The position numbers and the translations under genes are program-made. A DNA stretch of 64,000 nucleotides from a virus (taxonomy: Duplodnaviria; Caudoviricetes). Below the pieces are notes generated by a model. It was not told the DNA's origin. It saw only the letters and a program-made list of their open reading frames with translations, and did not search any database. How positions within the stretch are numbered: position 1 is the first letter of the stretch; the number at the start of each line of letters is the position of its first letter. Below are positions 49,379-60,406 of the stretch, piece by piece. Location of the stretch: IMG/VR virus record IMGVR_UViG_3300032330_002177, positions 1 through 64,000 of that record; one strand, written 5' to 3'.

Positions 49379-49618
49379 ATGACGCGTACGGGTAAACAAA
49401 TATATGAACGAGCGATACGGACGAAATGGGTATATAAGAAACATATATATACGTCGTTACAGCAAATATATGAGTTACGTGGTCGGTTAAATAGGAAAAT
49501 TAAGTTATGGGTGGGTGGTGGTAAACAAAGAACGCCGGCGTTAGCGCAATATATGGGTAGTAAGCGAATAGCGAAACGGGTGACATATGGTTACCGTAGG
49601 CGACATATCAATTATTAA
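49379..49618 (+). CDS. Basic YxxRG-motif peptide 9 (79 aa)
   Basis: YELRGRLNRKIKL. Confidence 0.65.
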   Translation: MTRTGKQIYERAIRTKWVYKKHIYTSLQQIYELRGRLNRKIKLWVGGGKQRTPALAQYMGSKRIAKRVTYGYRRRHINY

Positions 49619-49827
49619 AACGTTTTATAGTAACGTATAGGACAAGTAAGTGGCGTATGGGTATGTGATAAGTATTAGGAATGTGGGTGACCGGTGTTTC
49701 GTGTCATGTCCACCCCTTTCATGGGTCAAACAAGCCCTCCACAAACGGGACCCTATATAAGTATATATTAGGCTGACCGGCTTAAAAATCATATATTTAA
49801 TTATATTAAAAAACAAAATAAACAGTT

Positions 49828-50058
49828 ATGAGTTATCAAACAAAGGTTAGAGCGAATTACCTTAATCGCACAGCAAAATTGTCTTTCTACACACACCGCA
49901 AACGTACAGGTGATCTTACTCGTTTATCAGAAGAGACAGGCTACTCAGTAAGCCACTTATCAAACATGATTAACGGTAATAGAAAAGTAACTGACACAGC
50001 AGCAAATGCTATGTATATGGTTGCTCGCCGCCGTCAAAAGAACGCTATCGCAGCGTAG
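49828..50058 (+). CDS. XRE-type HTH DNA-binding protein
   Basis: LTRLSEETGYSVSHLSNMINGNR; promoter copy at 49774. Confidence 0.75.
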   Translation: MSYQTKVRANYLNRTAKLSFYTHRKRTGDLTRLSEETGYSVSHLSNMINGNRKVTDTAANAMYMVARRRQKNAIAA

Positions 50059-50200
50059 TTTTAAATTAGTTACTGCCATGGATTAGCGGCTCTCCTATTA
50101 GGGGGAGTCGCTCCTATGCCTATAGAGCATTGATTACTAACGCCCTATACACTTGCCTGACCGCGACATGTTCACTATCTTTATTATATAATAAGAAAAT

Positions 50201-50473
50201 ATGACAGATATGAACACAAATTACACAGACGCAAGAATGAATTTAAACGAAGTATGTAACTGGTTAACCAATCAGGGGTATGAAGATTTAGGGGATATTA
50301 TTAAGGATAAATTCACTTACCATACATGGGTAGTAGACGGTATGATAAGAAAGGATGTTGTTGAGGATATATTCGAACGTTGTTTTGGTGATAATATGAT
50401 GTTCAGACAATTACAATGTGATGTAATAACATCATTAAGTATAGTACCGTTACATGAAGCACATGTTGACTAA
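50201..50473 (+). CDS. Hypothetical early protein
   Basis: Promoter copy at 50158. Confidence 0.6.
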   Translation: MTDMNTNYTDARMNLNEVCNWLTNQGYEDLGDIIKDKFTYHTWVVDGMIRKDVVEDIFERCFGDNMMFRQLQCDVITSLSIVPLHEAHVD

Positions 50474-50545
50474 TATTGGTTGACCGGGTTCAGTTCACTA
50501 AATTTAATATATAAATAATAAATAAACACAAAAACAATTAAGGTT

Positions 50546-50821
50546 ATGAAAAAAGAAACAACAAACACACCAACAGCAAAACGTGGCCGTCCAACGGTTG
50601 AAGGTTCTAAACGTCAAGCAGTATTAGCAATGCGTGCAGCTAAAGTAGCAGCAGGCGGAGAAATTAAACGTGGTCGTCCAGCCGGTACTAACAAATTAAA
50701 AGTCGATCCATCAATTGAGGTGGTATTGAAAGTTAAAGCGCCTAAGGCAAGAAAGGTAACTGATACAGTAGCGGTAGTTACAATGGATGAGTTTATCGAT
50801 AACGTTACCGACGCTCAATAA
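50546..50821 (+). CDS. Double AT-hook basic protein
   Basis: Two KRGRP motifs; K/A-rich; promoter copy at 50481. Confidence 0.7.
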   Translation: MKKETTNTPTAKRGRPTVEGSKRQAVLAMRAAKVAAGGEIKRGRPAGTNKLKVDPSIEVVLKVKAPKARKVTDTVAVVTMDEFIDNVTDAQ

Positions 50822-50914
50822 TATATAATAGAAACGCTCCGACTGACACGTACATACGTAGTCGGAGCCATTTCTTAACTAATCACAATACGTATAAATA
50901 AAAATTATAATATA

Positions 50915-51166
50915 ATGACAAACGAACTAATGCAGTATCTAAATGAAATGAAAGCACAGATACAAGAACTATATGAAGATATAGATAGCGAATTACGTGG
51001 AACCGATAATCCAGACTTAATACTAGACGGTTATAATAACGTGACTGAAAAATTAGGTGAAGCTATGAATAACCTAGAATCTATGATTTCGGATCTAGAT
51101 ATGGGAGTATATAATAAAATAGATTCGTTGGATTTAGATGACGAGATGTCAGAGGTCGAAGACTAA
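50915..51166 (+). CDS. Acidic coiled-coil protein
   Basis: Very D/E-rich 83-aa ORF. Confidence 0.6.
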   Translation: MTNELMQYLNEMKAQIQELYEDIDSELRGTDNPDLILDGYNNVTEKLGEAMNNLESMISDLDMGVYNKIDSLDLDDEMSEVED

Positions 51167-51259
51167 AGGGTCGCGGACGTTAGAGGCTCAGTGGAAGTAA
51201 AAGGTCAGGGATGTTAGAGGTCCCCCGGTAATTGAGGTCCATCGACGGGAGAGGTTGAC
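51145..51259. repeat. Periodic RGGTC-box array
   Basis: GGTC-like cores at 51154, 51169, 51185, 51203, 51219, 51236, 51253. Confidence 0.6.
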
Positions 51260-51581
51260 CACGAAAAAAAAGATATGTGTTTTTAGATCTTAAACGATCT
51301 TTCACCACACCCCAAATATATACCTATATATGACCATTTGTGAAATAGTTCACGGATTGTCAAAAAGAGATTTTTATAGACTTTTTTGTCGACCCAAGAT
51401 ATATACGTATATTTAATATATAAAATAATAAGTTATGAAATTAGTTATGATCGTGTTAATAGTATGCCTTACGGGATGCTCAAGTAGTAAAATTATATAC
51501 CAGCGAGATATAGAAGGTAAAATATGGAAATCACATTCCGACGTATCAACAATAACAGGTTTAAAATATAAAAAATAAGTT

Positions 51582-53147
51582 ATGACAAAGTATCAAAAGT
51601 ATTCATTAGGTTGGTTAGCAATCTACGTAGCGGTATTAGGTAATGTAATCTTAGCCGCATTATCAAGTTGTAATTACACATCACCAAGTCAAGACACTCA
51701 GATGTTACAATCAAAATATGAAACCGTATATCAAATAAATCAATGGCAATATATTACATGTGATTCGATTCATGTATATCATATTAGAGTATCAGGAGAT
51801 GGTCAAATTGAAACAACTATTAAAATTAAATAATATGAAATTTATAGAATTAACAAGAAGCTCTAGTCAGACATTAACAAAAGATAATTATAGTCCTGTC
51901 TTAATCAATCCAATGATGATAACAGCATTAGTAGATTTAGGACCAGTCGATCAAGTATTTAATACACATGTGTATACAATGGGTGGTAGTCATGTAGTGA
52001 AGGAGACTATAGAACAAATACAGAAGTTAATACAAAAATCAGAAAACACAACCACTGTCACTTGGAAGACAAGTCCAACACCACATATATGAGAGACCCA
52101 ATAAATAGCGAAATAAGAACATATTCGGATGACCCAAGTAGTATGAAAGGAGATCCACTAGAAGGTTTAAGTAAGTTTTTTGATTTTATGGCTATAGTAT
52201 TTGGATTAGGAACACTAACAATAATAATTGAAATAATAATTTGGATAATAAATAATATATGATAATATTTAAAGGTAAAAAGAAAAATAAATATATTCAC
52301 ACCAGAGACATCACATTAGATGATATTCGGGCTGTATTTTTTCCTAAAGATTTTCATGAGAAATATAGATACTTAGGTTCAGTACCACATTTTGAATCAG
52401 GTGATATATTCAAAGCAATGGAACCATTAGTTATTTATATGGACTATAAAGCTAAACCTAAATGGTGTCCAAGATGGTTTCTTCGGTTTTTACACCTATT
52501 TGGAAACGATAATTCAATTGTTAGAGTTAGAAACCGAGCATTATATAACTTAAGTAATCAGTTGACTAAAGGCATTTTAATCGTTGATTATAAAACTAAA
52601 TGGACCGAATATGATCTTCGTATATCCGTATATGGGGATGAAAGGATGAATGACTTAGCTGATTCTATTGAACATGAATTTTATAATAAAGGATATAGAG
52701 CTGATTTAGCTGAACAGATTAAGGAATTAGATCCTAATACAATGTATCATAGTGGTAATAGTATTAATTCATTAAAAGTAGAATTAGATAGATTAGAAAC
52801 CAAAAACGATAAATAATATGAGTGGAGGAGCATTTGATTACAAACAATATAATATTGGAATGATTGCTGATGAAGTTGAACAATTAATACTCAATAACGG
52901 TAGACCCAAAACACAAGAAGAATTGCGAAATGAGAGTTGGGGCAGAGATAATTCATGGTATGAAAAATATCCCGAAGATCTAAATCACTACAAATATCCA
53001 GATGATGTTATTGAGGAATTTAAGAAAGGTTTAGATATACTTAGAAGAGCTCAGGTATATGCTCAACGTATTGATTGGTTAGTTAGTGGTGATGATGGTG
53101 AGGAATCATTCCATGAAAGATTAAAAGAAGATTTAGATAAATTATAA
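51582..53147 (+). other. Hypothetical genes (51582-51833 lipoprotein-like, ~51835-52092, 52062-52262, 52259-52816, 52818-53147)
   Basis: ORF track; tightly packed. Confidence 0.55.
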
Positions 53148-53460
53148 TATATGAAACGACATAAACAATATCGTTTTGAACGTATTGATGATAACCGAAC
53201 TAGAGTTATTGTCATTATGCGTAGGCCCAAATCAAGATCATATATCCGTAGGAAAATGTATTGGGCTTGGAATCATAAATGGGATCAATCATACTATAAA
53301 AAATATAACACATGATAGCAATTTGCATTTTAACAGCGTTGATAATCTATATTGTTTGGGGAAGTATTTATATGCTTAAACAAATTAATCGTATTAATGA
53401 TAAGTTTGAAGAAACATCAGAACATAAATAACTAAAACACAACACACGCCGCCCAAATAT

Positions 53461-53488
53461 GGCTACTCCGAATGGAGTAGCCTTTTTT
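53461..53488 (+). terminator. Intrinsic terminator
   Basis: GGCTACTCC-GAAT-GGAGTAGCC-TTTTTT. Confidence 0.85.
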
Positions 53489-53548
53489 ATTCTATCAACG
53501 CGGATGACCGCGGCTCGCTTAGTATATTTAGATATAAATAAGAAGCAC

Positions 53549-56500
53549 ATGAAACATTTGAATTACACGAGCGCAAAAAGGTTAGACATGGTCAGCCAAG
53601 GAGCTTATGATGGTCGTTTTAAAAATAGGGTTATTACCGATAAGAAAAAACAACAATCAAAAACAGCGGCTCGTAAATGGAAAAATGACCGCGACTAATT
53701 CGTTAAATTTATTATATAATAAAAAGTTAAAAATATGAACAAGGTAAAAATTATCAACACTACAGACATTAATGAAACTGAATTTATCAACGATCGTAAA
53801 GGTGAATATAGAGCGATTGTTAAAGTACAAGCCGGGTTTATGACAGTTGTAGATGATTTAGGTATACAAGCTAAATGGGGTAAGCAACAATGGAATAGAG
53901 CGATTGATGTGTTCCGTGGATTTAAAAGAGGTGCTTTACAAACAATACAATTTAAAGCTAAAGGTACTGATACATGGTTAACTGTATTTGCTCGTAAGGG
54001 TAAAAAGATAGTATTGATGGATAAACAATTGTTCATGGATATGAAAGTAGGTGATATTAATCAGGATTGGTTTAACACAAACTTATATAGTCAAACCAAC
54101 TATAAAATGTGTAAAGCTGAAACATGGGATGATAAGGCGTTTGTGATGAATAAATAGAATGACCTTAATTCAATCACTAAATTTATTATATAAATAAAAA
54201 ATATGAATAATACAAAAGAGAATTTACAAACATTAATTGACTTACCAAGACATCATTTTGATGCTATTATTAAGTTAATTAATCCGAAATTAAATGATAA
54301 CGATTTAAGACCATTATTTCCGGAGGGATGGGATCGAGATGAGTGTTGGCCGGATGGGAAATATAACTATGATGCGTTTCGTAAGTATCAAGTAGTGATT
54401 GATCAACAAGCTGAAGATATATTTAATTGGGTAATCGAAAATAGATAATATGAAACTAATAGACAAACACGAGTATACAAAAACAGTATTTGAATTTGAT
54501 CTTGATGAAGCAGATCATATTGATGAATTTGAAAATCCGTTTTATGTTCATCACCAGGAATCAATTGATGGGTTATGGATTGTAAATGAGTGGCTAGTGT
54601 ATGATGACGCTAATGAACAATTACCTTCCGACCATAGAATACATCAATTATTAGTTCATATGGCAAAACAAGAATTAAAAAAATAATATATGAAACACAA
54701 CAAAGAAGATATATTCTATTACTTAACAGTATGGTTCGCAACATCTATTATTGTGTTATGGACAATTGGAATGATTTTTAAAATAATAACAAAAATAATA
54801 TAATATGAAAAAATTACAGTACGGTTTAATGATTTTTGGATTTATAATAGCTGGGTTATCAGCTATGATGTGGTATGGGCATGGAGTACATACATGGATT
54901 TGGCAAGTGACAACTATGATTTGGATCGCGGATGGATATTTAAAATCTAAACAAATTGATAAACTAGAAAAATAATATATGCAAAAGAAAGAAAGTAAAA
55001 CAAATAAACATTTTTATTTTAGTATGGCTAAATCTTTTATTAGGATTTTAGGATTCGCATGTCTTTTTTATAATGATTTTAAAGGAGCGGCTGTAATGTT
55101 AATGTTAGCAGAAGGACTAGGAATTGTTGAAGAATTTTAATTGATTGACCCCGATTCTCACGCTATCTTTATTATATAAGAAAAATAAGAAAGTATGTAT
55201 TTAAATGTCACAGAGTTAAATGAGTTAATTTACTCATTAGGAATTGCGGAAATGAAAGGTTCATTTGTAAATAAAGGAGTTAATAGTCGCTTACGTGATA
55301 AATTATCTTCAGAGTTAGAAAAACGTAATGCTGAATTAGCAGAACAGTGTGAAAAAGATAAGATTGAACATGATATGAATTTCAAAAATGCTTATTACAG
55401 AAAGGGAGATTATTAATCAATTAAAAATAAAAATTAAACAATTATGGGATTTTATTACGACAAGAACTCTGACCAAGAAAGAATGTTAAACAAATTTGAC
55501 AAAGTAACTAAACGTAACAAACAAGAGATGAATGAAGACCATCCAGATTTTGATCCAACAATGTTACCATTAGCTGAACAGTTCAAATATTGGGCTAAGA
55601 AAAATGAAATAACTCGCGCCGCTAAAGAAGTAGTAACTGATGAGCCTAAAAAATTATTAAACCATAATTACTCACATAGAAAAGCATAATATGAAAATAC
55701 CTACAAACAGAAAGGTTTTAAGTAACACCATTAAGGAGTTAGATGAGATGGATTTAGTATTTTTGAGAGAAATGTTAGTGTCACGTTGTGAAGAAGTTCT
55801 TAATAATAAAGAACAAGTGAAAGCAGATTTACAATTCAGTTTTATATCTCCAAAATTGTATATTGATTCAATGGAAAATATTTTAAATAAAATTAAATTC
55901 GAAGACGAAATATGGAAAAAGAATATATAGTATCACAAACCGAAGGAGAAAAAGTATTTAAGTTATCTAATATGGATGATTTTAAAGATTGTATTGAATG
56001 TAATGATGATGAATATTGGTCTCATGTTGAGGGACAATTATTTACTGAGGATGAATTTAACATAGTAGATGGTGTAGCGTGTCCTATATTTCCAACATTA
56101 AATGATTTTTAAAAATAAATTATATGAAAAATAAATTAATTGTCGCTAGTATAATAATTTTTGTCTTATTACTTTTTTCAATAAATGTTATAAATAAAAA
56201 TCATAAACCAGAGAAAATACAATTATATACTATTTACGCTCCACCTTCTTATGATTCAATGGGTAATGTTACTATTACTAGTAAGATAATTGATCATGAA
56301 CCTACACATCAAGACTCAATAGAAATTGGATTTATGTTTAAATAATAAAAAATAAAGTTATGAATTGTACAGTTGAACGACTTGAACAAATTGAACAAGA
56401 ACGAGAACAAACTATGTCAAATCCTAATTATCAGAAATGGATACAAGAATTAAATATATCTAGATCTTATTCTGATCCGTCAGCTTATTTACAAGCCAAA

Positions 56501-56551
56501 GATATTGTTAGACAGTATGATTATTCTAACTATCGATATAAAATAGCATAG
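53549..56551 (+). other. Promoter-headed cassettes of small hypothetical early genes
   Basis: ORFs at ~53549, 53735, 54203, 54450, 55195, 55444, 55691, 55912, 56124, 56360; promoter copies at 53505, 53686, 54160, 55146. Confidence 0.6.
54979..55140 (+). CDS. Small membrane protein (53 aa), paralog of 2746..2907
   Basis: MQKKESKTNKHFYFSMAKSFIRILG...LAEGLGIVEEF*. Confidence 0.75.
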   Translation: MQKKESKTNKHFYFSMAKSFIRILGFACLFYNDFKGAAVMLMLAEGLGIVEEF

Positions 56552-56725
56552 TATAATTTTTTATAATATTTCACAAGGAGCCAGGGCGATTGACCTGGGC
56601 TCCTTTGCTATCTTTATTATATGATAAAAAAGGGGAACAAAAACGGTTACAAAAACGGAGAAAAAAAGAAAAAAATGACCGCGATTGATTCAATAAATTT
56701 AAATATAAATAAAAAGACAAAAAAT

Positions 56726-57541
56726 ATGAACACAGGTAAAAAAAGAGGAAGACCAAGTATGAAAAATCAAGTAGCTAATTTTAATGTAGCTCCAGTTAGT
56801 ATTAATTTTGATATCGTTAAGTTGAATAACTTAGATATTGATCCGAAAATGATGGAAACAATGGAAAGTGGAATGATGATTGATGATTTAATTTCACACG
56901 AAGGTGGTATACCATGTGCAACTAATATTATGTGTATAGGTGATCCGGGTGTTGGTAAAACAACTGTGTTATTAGATTTATTATCTGGTGTTCAAAATAG
57001 AGGTAGAAAATGTTTGTTTATTTCAGGTGAAATGGGTAAAAAACAAATGTTTAAATATACACAACGTTTTCCACAATTTGGTCAAATACAAACATTGTTT
57101 ATGTCTGATTATTTAGATCATAACACAAAAGACGTAATTGAACAAGTTATGAATATGGGTTGGGATTTGATTTTAATTGATAGTATTGCTGAGATTATTG
57201 ATGGTGTTAGAGATGATAATAAATGGGATCGTAAGCAAGCTGAATCATGGTTAGTTGATTTATGTTCTAGAAATAATAAAGGTGAGAATGTAACAAGTAA
57301 ATATACATCGTTTTTATTAATTCAACAAGTTACTAAATCAGGTGAGTTTGTTGGTTCAAATAAATTGAAACACATGACCGACGCAATGATGGAAATGAGA
57401 AGAGAATCAGATAGAAATGGTGGTGGTACTTATATTAATTTCATCAAAAATAGAAATGGTAATGTTGATCAGAAATTTGGTTATGAATTACAAAACAATA
57501 GCATTTATTACGGAACATCAGTAAATGAAGAAGCTGAATAA
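56726..57541 (+). CDS. RadA/Sms-like RecA-fold ATPase with N-terminal AT-hook
   Basis: GDPGVGKTT, FISGEM, LIDSI, QVTKSGEFVGSNKLKHMTDA, KNR; ATG at 56726 after the promoter at 56676. Confidence 0.82.
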   Translation: MNTGKKRGRPSMKNQVANFNVAPVSINFDIVKLNNLDIDPKMMETMESGMMIDDLISHEGGIPCATNIMCIGDPGVGKTTVLLDLLSGVQNRGRKCLFISGEMGKKQMFKYTQRFPQFGQIQTLFMSDYLDHNTKDVIEQVMNMGWDLILIDSIAEIIDGVRDDNKWDRKQAESWLVDLCSRNNKGENVTSKYTSFLLIQQVTKSGEFVGSNKLKHMTDAMMEMRRESDRNGGGTYINFIKNRNGNVDQKFGYELQNNSIYYGTSVNEEAE

Positions 57542-57593
57542 TTTTAACCTCAATTAATTACTTAAATTTAATTATAAATAAAAAATATAAAAC

Positions 57594-58020
57594 ATGGAAA
57601 AGATTTTAACAGGATTAGCAACAGTTATTGGAGGATTATTATTAGTAACATTATTATTAGGTTGGCCTTTAATGTTATTATGGAATTGGTTGATGCCGAC
57701 AATATTTGGTTTACCAATTATAACATTTTGGCAAGCAGTTGGATTGAATTTTTTAACTGGTATTTTATTTAATAGATCAACAACTAAAAATAATTAATAT
57801 GCAATTTGTAAAAGAAGATTTCGTTTGTAAACATGGTTTTTATTATGTAGGTCATATGATAGCAGAAGCTGAATGGGTTGATGAAGAACAATTAGAGCTT
57901 ATTTTATTAGAACTAAATGCTGGTGTAACTGATAATATATCATTTTCAGTTCCAGGTAGAAAAGATATTATTTGGGTACCATTATTTAATTCAGAAACAA
58001 ATTATATACACTTAAATTAA
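57594..58020 (+). other. Two small genes (57594-57797 membrane protein; 57799-58020 hypothetical)
   Basis: LWNWLMP..FGLP.ITFWQA membrane motif; ORF track. Confidence 0.6.
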
Positions 58021-58026
58021 AATTAT

Positions 58027-59157
58027 ATGTTAAACAGAGTTATTGGAGTTGATTTCCAAACACGTTATAATAGTAAAACTCCAGAATGGATATTAACAAG
58101 TTATTGGGGAAATAATTTTTATTGGGCTAATCAACATGATGCTAAAGAATTATTAAATGTTATTGATCTTATTAAACAACAATCAAAACCTAATTTGAAA
58201 AAAGGTACAACTATATATGCTTCTAAAGCGAGTGAGATACCACGTTTTAAATTAAAGGAATTTATTAAAGATAATAACTTGAAAAAAACATCTCGTCATA
58301 AATACTCAGATGTAATTATTATTAATAAAGGATACTTTAATGAGTTGAGTAAATATATAAACATAGAAGAATATGATTTTTGTACTGAGTTTCATACTAA
58401 AAATAAAATAAAGAATTTAATATCTAAAATAGACAGAAATAATAGTTCAGTTACAACTTATAATACTACTACAAATTATAATATGCTTGTTTATGTAAGA
58501 ACTGATAGAAATAATTTAGAAAGAGAATTAAAGAGATCACAATCAATAAGACAAGAATATGAGCAATCTGTCCATAGTGAACTTGGAGTGTTATTTAATT
58601 TCTATAGAGAACATCGTTTAGTTGAGTTATTAACTATGTTAGTAGAAAATAAAGATAGAATTAAGAAAGGTTTAGTTAAATTTGTTTTTGATGAAGATTT
58701 TTTTGTTGATTTAAATAAAGATGGAATTGAACTTGATGATGACTATTTACAAACACTTAGAGATATGTTGTTCAGTTCTGATGAAGCAAATATTAAATTA
58801 GGATTTGAAATGATGTCTAATTTAGTAATTGATCAACCAACATTATTATCAATATCATTTCTACTAAATGAACTAGTACATACAACTAAATTCAGACCAA
58901 GTTATTATACATCGTCTAATACCAACTTAAAAAGTCTATTAAAAATGTTAAAAACAAAAGGCATATACTGGGATAGAGATTGGAAGACATTTGGTACAGG
59001 GTTGAGAATAAATTTCAAAGATGGTAAGGAAGGAGACATTGTTAAGAAGTTCTTATTAGACAATATTAATCGTGAATTTAAATTAAGTAACTCAGCTTCA
59101 GAAGCATTAGTTGATATAGTTTTTACGACCGAGGTAAACGAATTATCTTTAATATAA
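58027..59157 (+). CDS. Hypothetical protein next to the vWA/MoxR pair
   Basis: 376-aa ORF. Confidence 0.65.
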   Translation: MLNRVIGVDFQTRYNSKTPEWILTSYWGNNFYWANQHDAKELLNVIDLIKQQSKPNLKKGTTIYASKASEIPRFKLKEFIKDNNLKKTSRHKYSDVIIINKGYFNELSKYINIEEYDFCTEFHTKNKIKNLISKIDRNNSSVTTYNTTTNYNMLVYVRTDRNNLERELKRSQSIRQEYEQSVHSELGVLFNFYREHRLVELLTMLVENKDRIKKGLVKFVFDEDFFVDLNKDGIELDDDYLQTLRDMLFSSDEANIKLGFEMMSNLVIDQPTLLSISFLLNELVHTTKFRPSYYTSSNTNLKSLLKMLKTKGIYWDRDWKTFGTGLRINFKDGKEGDIVKKFLLDNINREFKLSNSASEALVDIVFTTEVNELSLI

Positions 59158-59167
59158 AATAAATAAT

Positions 59168-60406
59168 ATGATAAATGATATGCACGGCGACATCGCCAAA
59201 CACTCAAAAACATTAATGTTCAAAGAACCATTTTATGGATTGTTCTTAATTGGACTAAACAAAGAAATTAGTGACGCAGTTGGAACTGCTTGTGTAGCTA
59301 AAGATGGTATTAATACTAAATTAGTTATCAGTCCTAAATTTTGGGAGACAATAAGTGATAAATGTAAAGTGGCTGTTTTAAAACATGAATTGTTACATAT
59401 AGCGTTTAAACACTTACAAATGTTCGATCTATATGAGAATAAAGAATTATTAAATGTAGCTGCTGATTTAGAAATTAATCAATACATTGATAAGGAATTT
59501 AAAGATGATACTTGGGAAGGATTAGAAATTGATGGTAAAATGTTTATTGATCTTAAATTACCGGAAAAAGCAGGTACTAGAAAGTATTATGAGTTATTAG
59601 ATAAAGAAATAAAACAAAATCCGAATTGTGATTTAGCTAAGTTTTTAGAGGCTATGAAAGGTGCTAATAGTGATGGTGAAACAAGAGAAATAACATTAGG
59701 TGATGGTACTAAAGTACAAGTTAAAGGTTCTCATGAGTTTTGGAAACAATTTGAAAATATGGATGAGGCAGAAAAGAAATTGATGGAAAAACAAATTGAA
59801 CATCAACTTAGAGATACAGCTGACCAAGTACAAAAACAAAGAGGACATATACCAGGTGAATTAAAAGAATTGATTGATAGTTTATATGTTAGTGAAGAAC
59901 CAGTACTTGATTGGAGAGCTTATTTAAGACGTTTTAATGGTATGGCATCTAAAATCTATACTAAAAAAACAAGACGTAAACCGAATAAACGTTTTTATGG
60001 TAATCCAGCTCTTAAAATAAAACAAAAGAAAAATACATTAGTTGCTATTGATACATCAGGTTCAGTTAGTAAAGACGATTTAAAGGAGTTTTTAAGTGAA
60101 ATACATCATATATATAAAACAGGAACTCAAGTAACTGTAGTTGAATGTGATGCTTCAATTGGCCGTGTTTATGAATATAAAGGTAAAACACAAGAAGCTC
60201 AAGAAGTAACAGGTCGTGGTGGTACAAGTTATGATCCAGTACTTAATTACTTACAAGAAAATAGAGATAAATATCAGAACTTAATTTACTTAACTGATGG
60301 TGAATGTGAAACAAATATTAAACCATGTAAACCAACATTATGGGTTCATTGTTCAGGAAGAAGTGTTAATGACTCATTACCAGGAGCTAAAGTTCAAATT
60401 AAATAA
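59168..60406 (+). CDS. Metallopeptidase plus vWA domain protein (DUF2201-like)
   Basis: HELLH...NVAADLEIN; MIDAS DTSGS; GRGGT; YLTDG. Confidence 0.9.
   Translation: MINDMHGDIAKHSKTLMFKEPFYGLFLIGLNKEISDAVGTACVAKDGINTKLVISPKFWETISDKCKVAVLKHELLHIAFKHLQMFDLYENKELLNVAADLEINQYIDKEFKDDTWEGLEIDGKMFIDLKLPEKAGTRKYYELLDKEIKQNPNCDLAKFLEAMKGANSDGETREITLGDGTKVQVKGSHEFWKQFENMDEAEKKLMEKQIEHQLRDTADQVQKQRGHIPGELKELIDSLYVSEEPVLDWRAYLRRFNGMASKIYTKKTRRKPNKRFYGNPALKIKQKKNTLVAIDTSGSVSKDDLKEFLSEIHHIYKTGTQVTVVECDASIGRVYEYKGKTQEAQEVTGRGGTSYDPVLNYLQENRDKYQNLIYLTDGECETNIKPCKPTLWVHCSGRSVNDSLPGAKVQIK

Noticed and set aside
48103-49618. CRISPR-like array or diversity-generating retroelement as explanation for the repeats
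   Set aside because: No identical DNA repeats with spacers, no adenine-specific variation pattern and no reverse transcriptase in the window; conservation is at amino-acid level
53151-53315. Basic 54-aa ORF (MKRHKQYRF...SYIRRKMYW) as a tenth YxxRG peptide
   Set aside because: It has YxxRK rather than YxxRG, lacks the downstream R and K, and lies outside the array
2429-59213. Minus-strand ORFs in the track (e.g. 2429, 9932, 10637, 13797, 15211, 45490, 53695, 58905)
   Set aside because: They lie antisense to clear + strand genes or RNAs and lack recognisable motifs; shadow ORFs
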